Source: Patescibacteria group bacterium (GTDB lineage Bacteria; Patescibacteriota; Minisyncoccia; Minisyncoccales; Staskawiczbacteraceae). Taken from it: a stretch of 64,000 nucleotides of DNA. The position numbers and the translations under genes were made by a program. Of this stretch, positions 59,636 through 64,000 are shown in pieces. Location: the NCBI GenBank assembly GCA_018829965.1, contig JAHJTG010000008.1:9314-73313 (forward strand), read 5' to 3'. Each line of letters opens with the position of its first letter. Position 1 is the first letter of the stretch. The notes below the pieces were generated by a model. That model worked only from the letters and a program-made list of their open reading frames with translations. It searched no databases and was not told where the DNA came from.

Positions 59636-59947
59636 CCCAATATATCAACTTCCAGAGCCAAACGTTGTTTTATGACGCTTGTATTCTTGAAGTCTTAAAC
59701 CTAAAAATCTCCGACCTTGAGTAGTTTTTAAATAATTTTCTCTACGTTTGGCATCTTCCATATTCTTACATCCTTCAAAATAAATAAGTTGAATGGGTAA
59801 TTTTATCTTTGTAGAAAAAGATAATCATTTATTATGTTCTTCTAATCTTCTCCTAAGGTTGTTGGTATATCCGATATATCTATCACCATCTTTTTGACTT
59901 TCCAAAACATAGATATAGAAGAACGTACTGGAAGTTGTATTACTGGG
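59636..59947. mobile_element. TIR-bounded element carrying a GIY-YIG nuclease gene
   Basis: Left CCCAATATATCAACTTCCAGAGCCAAAC, right ACTGGAAGTTGTATTACTGGG; CATA on both sides. Confidence 0.85.
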
Positions 59948-59950
59948 CAT
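59645..59950 (-). pseudogene. GIY-YIG nuclease (about 101 codons) with an internal TGA; missing from the ORF track
   Basis: MPSNTTSSTFFYIYVLESQKDGDRYIGYTNNLRRRLEEHNK*LSFSTKIKLPIQLIYFEGCKNMEDAKRRENYLKTTQGRRFL...; TGA at 59825-59827. Confidence 0.9.
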
Positions 59951-59951
59951 A

Positions 59952-60089
59952 TTATTTTGACTTTTTACCGCTTACATTACTGTGTTCTAGCCGAGTTGCG
60001 TTGCCCCAAAACCGATTTACTGTTTTCGGTTTAGGAGCTTTCCGGTTCTTTTTATTTTTTTGATTTAATTTTGAAAAATTATTTTTCAT
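59952..60089 (-). CDS. Possible 45-aa basic small protein
   Basis: MKNNFSKLNQKNKKNRKAPKPKTVNRFWGNATRLEHSNVSGKKSK*; stop is 1 nt before the next ATG. Confidence 0.45.
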   Translation of the reverse strand: MKNNFSKLNQKNKKNRKAPKPKTVNRFWGNATRLEHSNVSGKKSK

Positions 60090-60187
60090 ATATTTATTAT
60101 TACTTCATTGTACACTCAAGAACACCTGTTGCAAGAGAACACAATTAAAAACACAACCTACTTAAATAGATAGTGGATAACTTTATA

Positions 60188-60216
60188 TTGACCGTCTTTC
60201 TATAATTATCTATAAT
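60188..60216 (+). promoter_or_regulatory. Near-consensus sigma70 promoter
   Basis: TTGACC-17 nt-TATAAT. Confidence 0.6.
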
Positions 60217-60631
60217 TAAAGCGTAACAAAGACTCTTCTTTGTTATCCGCAACAAATAGCTCTTTGAAATCGTACAATTATGATTTCTAAATAACACCTA
60301 CTCAATAATAAATTTATGTAACACACGCAGGGCAAATTCACTGCCTTATACTTGGACAATTTTGTCTATTAACATAAATAAAAAAAAGGCGTTGTGAATC
60401 ACACCGAATCACTAAACCACAAAAACAACCCGCAATAAAAATCTTCTAAAAAGTACCAACAAAAAAATCTCCTAAAAAAACCAAAGCCCTAATAACGTAA
60501 ATGTTATATTGAAATCATAAAAAAAATAAAGCCTCTGGAAAACCTCCGAGGCTTTTTCATTTACCTAAAATTAAAAAGGCGGCCATGCCACCCATTTTAA
60601 CAAAAAGTTAAAAAATGATTAATAAAAATAA

Positions 60632-61510
60632 TTATTTAATATCTTTTAAATATTTTCTTAAATCCGGACCAAACCGATTATCTTTCATCGCAAAATATAA
60701 AAATGATTTTAGCCATTTTAATTTATCACCGCATTCCAACCATTTGCCTTTAAATTCATACCCATAAATTACTTTTCCGTCCATTAACATTTTTTCAAAA
60801 ACTTCAGCTAAAATTATTTCTCCTTTTTTTGATGGCCTTGCTTTCTTTAAATACGCGAACACTTCCGGAGTTAAAATATATTTTCCGACAATTACCAAAT
60901 CAGAAGGAGCTTCTCCTAAAGCCGGCTTCTCAATAATCTTTTTTACCTTATAAAGACGGCTAGCAATTTTCTCTACGCCTGCTACTCCATAGGCAGGCAG
61001 TTTTTCGTTCGGCAATCTATTCAAAGCTATTACTGGGGCGTTGCAAGTTCTATAAATATCTATTAATTGGGAAATAGCCGGAGTTTCTCCATCTACAATA
61101 TCGTCCGAGAATAAAACAGCTACGGGCTCGTTGTTAATAAGTTTTTCTGCCTGTAAGATTGCGTGGCCATCGCCCATTGGCTTTCTCTGTATAACAAAAT
61201 GAATCGTAAGATCATTTAAGATTGATTCAAATTCTTTTAATTCCTTTAAGAGTTCCTCTTTTTTCTTTTTTGTTAAAATCTTTTCTAATTCTTTAGCTGG
61301 CTTGAAATAATTCAGTATCATCTTCTGAGTAGGACTGATAACAAAAATCAATTCAGTGATGCCTGATTTTTTTGCTTCTTCTACAATATATTGAATTATT
61401 GGCTTATCAACTATAGGAAAAAATTCCTTTGGCAATATTTTAGAAAGAGGCAAAAACCTGGTACCTAGACCAGCAACAGGAATAATAGCTTTTTTAATTT
61501 CGTTAGACAT
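60632..61510 (-). CDS. galU: UTP--glucose-1-phosphate uridylyltransferase
   Basis: KAIIPVAGLGTRFLP, PKE, VDKP, GDGHAIL, IEKP. Confidence 0.92.
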   Translation of the reverse strand: MSNEIKKAIIPVAGLGTRFLPLSKILPKEFFPIVDKPIIQYIVEEAKKSGITELIFVISPTQKMILNYFKPAKELEKILTKKKKEELLKELKEFESILNDLTIHFVIQRKPMGDGHAILQAEKLINNEPVAVLFSDDIVDGETPAISQLIDIYRTCNAPVIALNRLPNEKLPAYGVAGVEKIASRLYKVKKIIEKPALGEAPSDLVIVGKYILTPEVFAYLKKARPSKKGEIILAEVFEKMLMDGKVIYGYEFKGKWLECGDKLKWLKSFLYFAMKDNRFGPDLRKYLKDIK

Positions 61511-61569
61511 ATTTTATGTTTTAAACCAGAACACATATTCTATGTGCTCGGTCGAGCACTAAATTTTAT

Positions 61570-63117
61570 TTAGTGCTCTGGTTTCATTCTTCTTAAAAAA
61601 GCTGGGATTTCCCATTCAGCTTCCTGATTTATTCTTTTATTCTCTTCCAACTCTTGAGCTGTTTTAACTTCTAAAGCGTTTCTTCTAATCATTCCTTTTT
61701 TATCTTCTGTCTTGTCAGTTGAAGACGAAACCACTATTGGGACTGATGTTTTTATAACTGGCGCGTGAAATGATTGTTTTTTTATTTTCTTCCCCGCCTG
61801 CAACTCTTTGCCCGCCAGCAACGCTTTGCGTAGCGATGCGGGCTGGCGTAGCAATGCGGGTAGGTTTTTTTCTATTTTCATTTTAATCTTTTTCTTAGGG
61901 ACTTTCTTCTTTTCTTCTTTTTTTACAATAATAGGTTTCTTTATCTCAACAGGCTCTGGCGTAGGAGCAAATGATGGACCAGTAATTAAAAGCGTTGTTT
62001 TAATTTTATTTTTTGATTTTGTATTTTTGGAAATGCCAAAAATTATTTTTGCTTTAGGGTTTAAAATAGATATGCTTTTGCTAATTTTTTCAACTTCTAT
62101 CATGCCAAGATTCTTTCCGCCCGAGATATTAAATAACATTTTTTCCGCTTTTATATTACTGTTATATAAAGGGTTATTAAGGATATTTTGTACTACTTCT
62201 TCTGCTCTATTTTTACCAGTAGCTTCAGCGCTGTTCAAAAATGCCATCATTCCCCTGCCTTTTAATATTGTTCTTACATCGGCAAAATCAATATTAATTA
62301 ACCCGGGGTTATAAATTAAATCAATTAAACTTTCTAAAGATTCTATAAGATTTTTATTCACTAATGAAAAAGCTTCTGTAATAGAAGTTTTCTCGCCGAT
62401 AATTTTAAAAATTCTTTCGTTAGGAATTACGATTAAAGCGTTCAAACATTCTCTTATATCCCGAACAGATTTTGAACTAATTTTTGATTTTTTCTTACCT
62501 TCAAAACGAAATGGCAAGGTAAAGATTCCCAAAGTAACATTACCCAATTTTTGGCTCAACTCGGCAAAAACAGGAGTAGCGCCAGAGCCCAGCCCTCCAC
62601 CCAAAGACGAAACAAGAATAATAATATCTTGACCCTCTAAGAGTTTTGTAATTTTTTCTTTTTCTTTTTCGGCTGCTTGGCGCGCTAATTCTGGATTCAT
62701 TCCAGTTCCCAAGCCGTGAGTTACATCTTTACCAAAATAAAAATATTTAATTCCAGGTTTTTTCCCTATTGCCCTTATATCAGTATCGGCAATTACAAAA
62801 CTGGCTTTTTCTAAAGACCTGCCGATTTCAGAAACAATTGACCCTCCACCACCACCAACTCCAATAACTCTTATTTTGGGCCTAAAAATTGCGTTAGCAG
62901 ATAAATCAAACTTTTGAGGTTTGTGAAAAACCATTTTTTGTTTATCCGTCCGTAACCCAGAGGCGAAGGAGGGTTTTTTTATCTTTACTGCCCTTCTCAC
63001 CTTCACCTTCTTTGCTTTTTTCACAATCTTAACTCTCTTTGCCCTTTTTGCCTTTTTAACTCTTCTTATCTTTTTAGCCCTTTTTATCTTTTTTATGTAA
63101 GTTTTCTTTTTTTTCAT
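61570..63117 (-). CDS. ftsZ: FtsZ-family protein, divergent, with Lys-rich N-terminal extension
   Basis: IGVGGGG, GLGTGMNP, GGGLGSG, PFRFEG, INIDFAD, C-terminal EIPAFLRR. Confidence 0.88.
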   Translation of the reverse strand: MKKKKTYIKKIKRAKKIRRVKKAKRAKRVKIVKKAKKVKVRRAVKIKKPSFASGLRTDKQKMVFHKPQKFDLSANAIFRPKIRVIGVGGGGGSIVSEIGRSLEKASFVIADTDIRAIGKKPGIKYFYFGKDVTHGLGTGMNPELARQAAEKEKEKITKLLEGQDIIILVSSLGGGLGSGATPVFAELSQKLGNVTLGIFTLPFRFEGKKKSKISSKSVRDIRECLNALIVIPNERIFKIIGEKTSITEAFSLVNKNLIESLESLIDLIYNPGLINIDFADVRTILKGRGMMAFLNSAEATGKNRAEEVVQNILNNPLYNSNIKAEKMLFNISGGKNLGMIEVEKISKSISILNPKAKIIFGISKNTKSKNKIKTTLLITGPSFAPTPEPVEIKKPIIVKKEEKKKVPKKKIKMKIEKNLPALLRQPASLRKALLAGKELQAGKKIKKQSFHAPVIKTSVPIVVSSSTDKTEDKKGMIRRNALEVKTAQELEENKRINQEAEWEIPAFLRRMKPEH

Positions 63118-63262
63118 TAAGTTTAGTTTACCCCGTTAGAAATTTTTATCAAGACCCTATCCTGCATATATTGATTTTTTCAGCTTTATGTTGTAAACAG
63201 AATACGATATATGGAATTGTGTTTCTTTAAAGAAATCGAAAAACTATTGAAAGGAGGGGAAA

Positions 63263-63862
63263 ATGTCCCAGTGGCTCTTTAAAAATTTCGCTAATTTTAT
63301 TACTGTTTTTGGGGTAATCACAACTATTTTATTTTTGATTGTGGGAATAAGCTATCCCAATATGCTCTGGCTACTTTTGATATTAGGAATCTTGACAAGC
63401 CTTTCTGATTTTTTTGATGGGAATATTGCTCGTCGGTTCAGCATAACATTGTTCGGAACTGCATTAGACAGGTTGAGAGATAAATTTTTTGTTTGCTCCG
63501 CCCTAGCTTTGCTCTTCTGGCAGTATTGGCCGACTGATAAAAGCATTATTATCACTATTTTTACTGAATTGCTTGTAATATTAGTAATCTCCTTTGAATT
63601 ACTTATAAACTCCACGTGGCTTTATGCATTGATAAAGAAACTTGACGCTACGACTAGTAAAGATGGCAAAATCAAAGTAACCTGCGAATTTTTTGCAATA
63701 GCAATTTGGCTGACTTCTCTTAATATCGATAAATATTGTATTGCCGATACTCTAAGTATCTCAATATTCTTTATTGATCTTTTGCTGATCGTCTCATTTT
63801 ACTTTCAAGTCAGAAGTTTCGGCTATTACTATTTAAAGTACAGTAGAAACAACAAGCAATAA
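63263..63862 (+). CDS. CDP-alcohol phosphatidyltransferase family protein (PgsA-like)
   Basis: ANFIT, DFFDGNIARR...GTALDRLRDK, GKIK. Confidence 0.9.
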   Translation: MSQWLFKNFANFITVFGVITTILFLIVGISYPNMLWLLLILGILTSLSDFFDGNIARRFSITLFGTALDRLRDKFFVCSALALLFWQYWPTDKSIIITIFTELLVILVISFELLINSTWLYALIKKLDATTSKDGKIKVTCEFFAIAIWLTSLNIDKYCIADTLSISIFFIDLLLIVSFYFQVRSFGYYYLKYSRNNKQ

Positions 63863-63895
63863 AAACCGCGGAGGTTATCCCCGCGGTTTTGTTTT
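63861..63895. terminator. Bidirectional intrinsic terminator
   Basis: AAAACCGCGG-loop-CCGCGGTTTT between convergent genes. Confidence 0.8.
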
Positions 63896-63901
63896 GAAAA
63901 T

Positions 63902-64000
63902 CTATTTTTCTGCCCAATATACTTTAGCTTCCTCTTCCAATTTATCTAAACGAGTATAATAATCTGAGAACTCATTCAAATGAGCCAAAGCAATCTTGCC
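63902..64000 (-). CDS. 3' end of a partial ORF, DUF5661-like
   Basis: GKIALAHLNEFSDYYTRLDKLEEEA. Confidence 0.65.
   Translation of the reverse strand, partial: GKIALAHLNEFSDYYTRLDKLEEEAKVYWAEK

Noticed and set aside
59645..59950. Genetic code 25 (TGA=Gly) or selenocysteine suggested by TGA at a Gly position
   Set aside because: Host genes use TGA as a stop (for example the femABX gene and gpmA), Gly codons are normal elsewhere, and the position is not a Cys site. A point mutation is simpler.
529..63615. Numerous antisense ORFs in the track (for example 529-831, 1535-2140, 13675-14085, 61808-62314)
   Set aside because: They are shadows of well-supported genes with no recognisable motifs.

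Overview
This is a chromosomal segment of a small-genome, AT-rich bacterium. Gene content and rRNA architecture point to Patescibacteria/CPR, probably Parcubacteria (inference). It uses standard code 11 and most genes lie on the minus strand. Housekeeping genes: dnaX, cysS, dnaB, recR, ftsQ, murF, serS, lysS, mrdA-mreD-mreC, ychF, tsf, rpsB, rpmE, prfA, rplY, galU, ftsZ. There is a glycolysis/fermentation cluster (eno, gpmA, gap, ADP-forming acetyl-CoA synthetase, ppsA, pfkB, fba, ferredoxin) with a ThaI-like R-M pair inside it. The rRNA locus is split: 16S and 23S-5S are separated by protein genes and each has its own promoter. It carries seven group I introns (six with LAGLIDADG ORFs, one inside the sarcin-ricin loop) and several hairpin insertions, and the 16S 3' end has no anti-Shine-Dalgarno. 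Most striking is a dense set of small palindromic element families, often nested, found in intergenic DNA, rRNA, a tRNA and in frame in core proteins (CysS, enolase twice, PpsA, MurF, FtsZ, RF1). One family has a long member encoding a GIY-YIG nuclease (59636-59947) and a short non-coding member with the same ends (7234-7386). Both sit exactly at a host start codon with ATG duplicated, making this a candidate undescribed start-codon-targeting mobile element. All calls come from reading the sequence; no searches were run, and E. coli rRNA numbering was assigned by eye.
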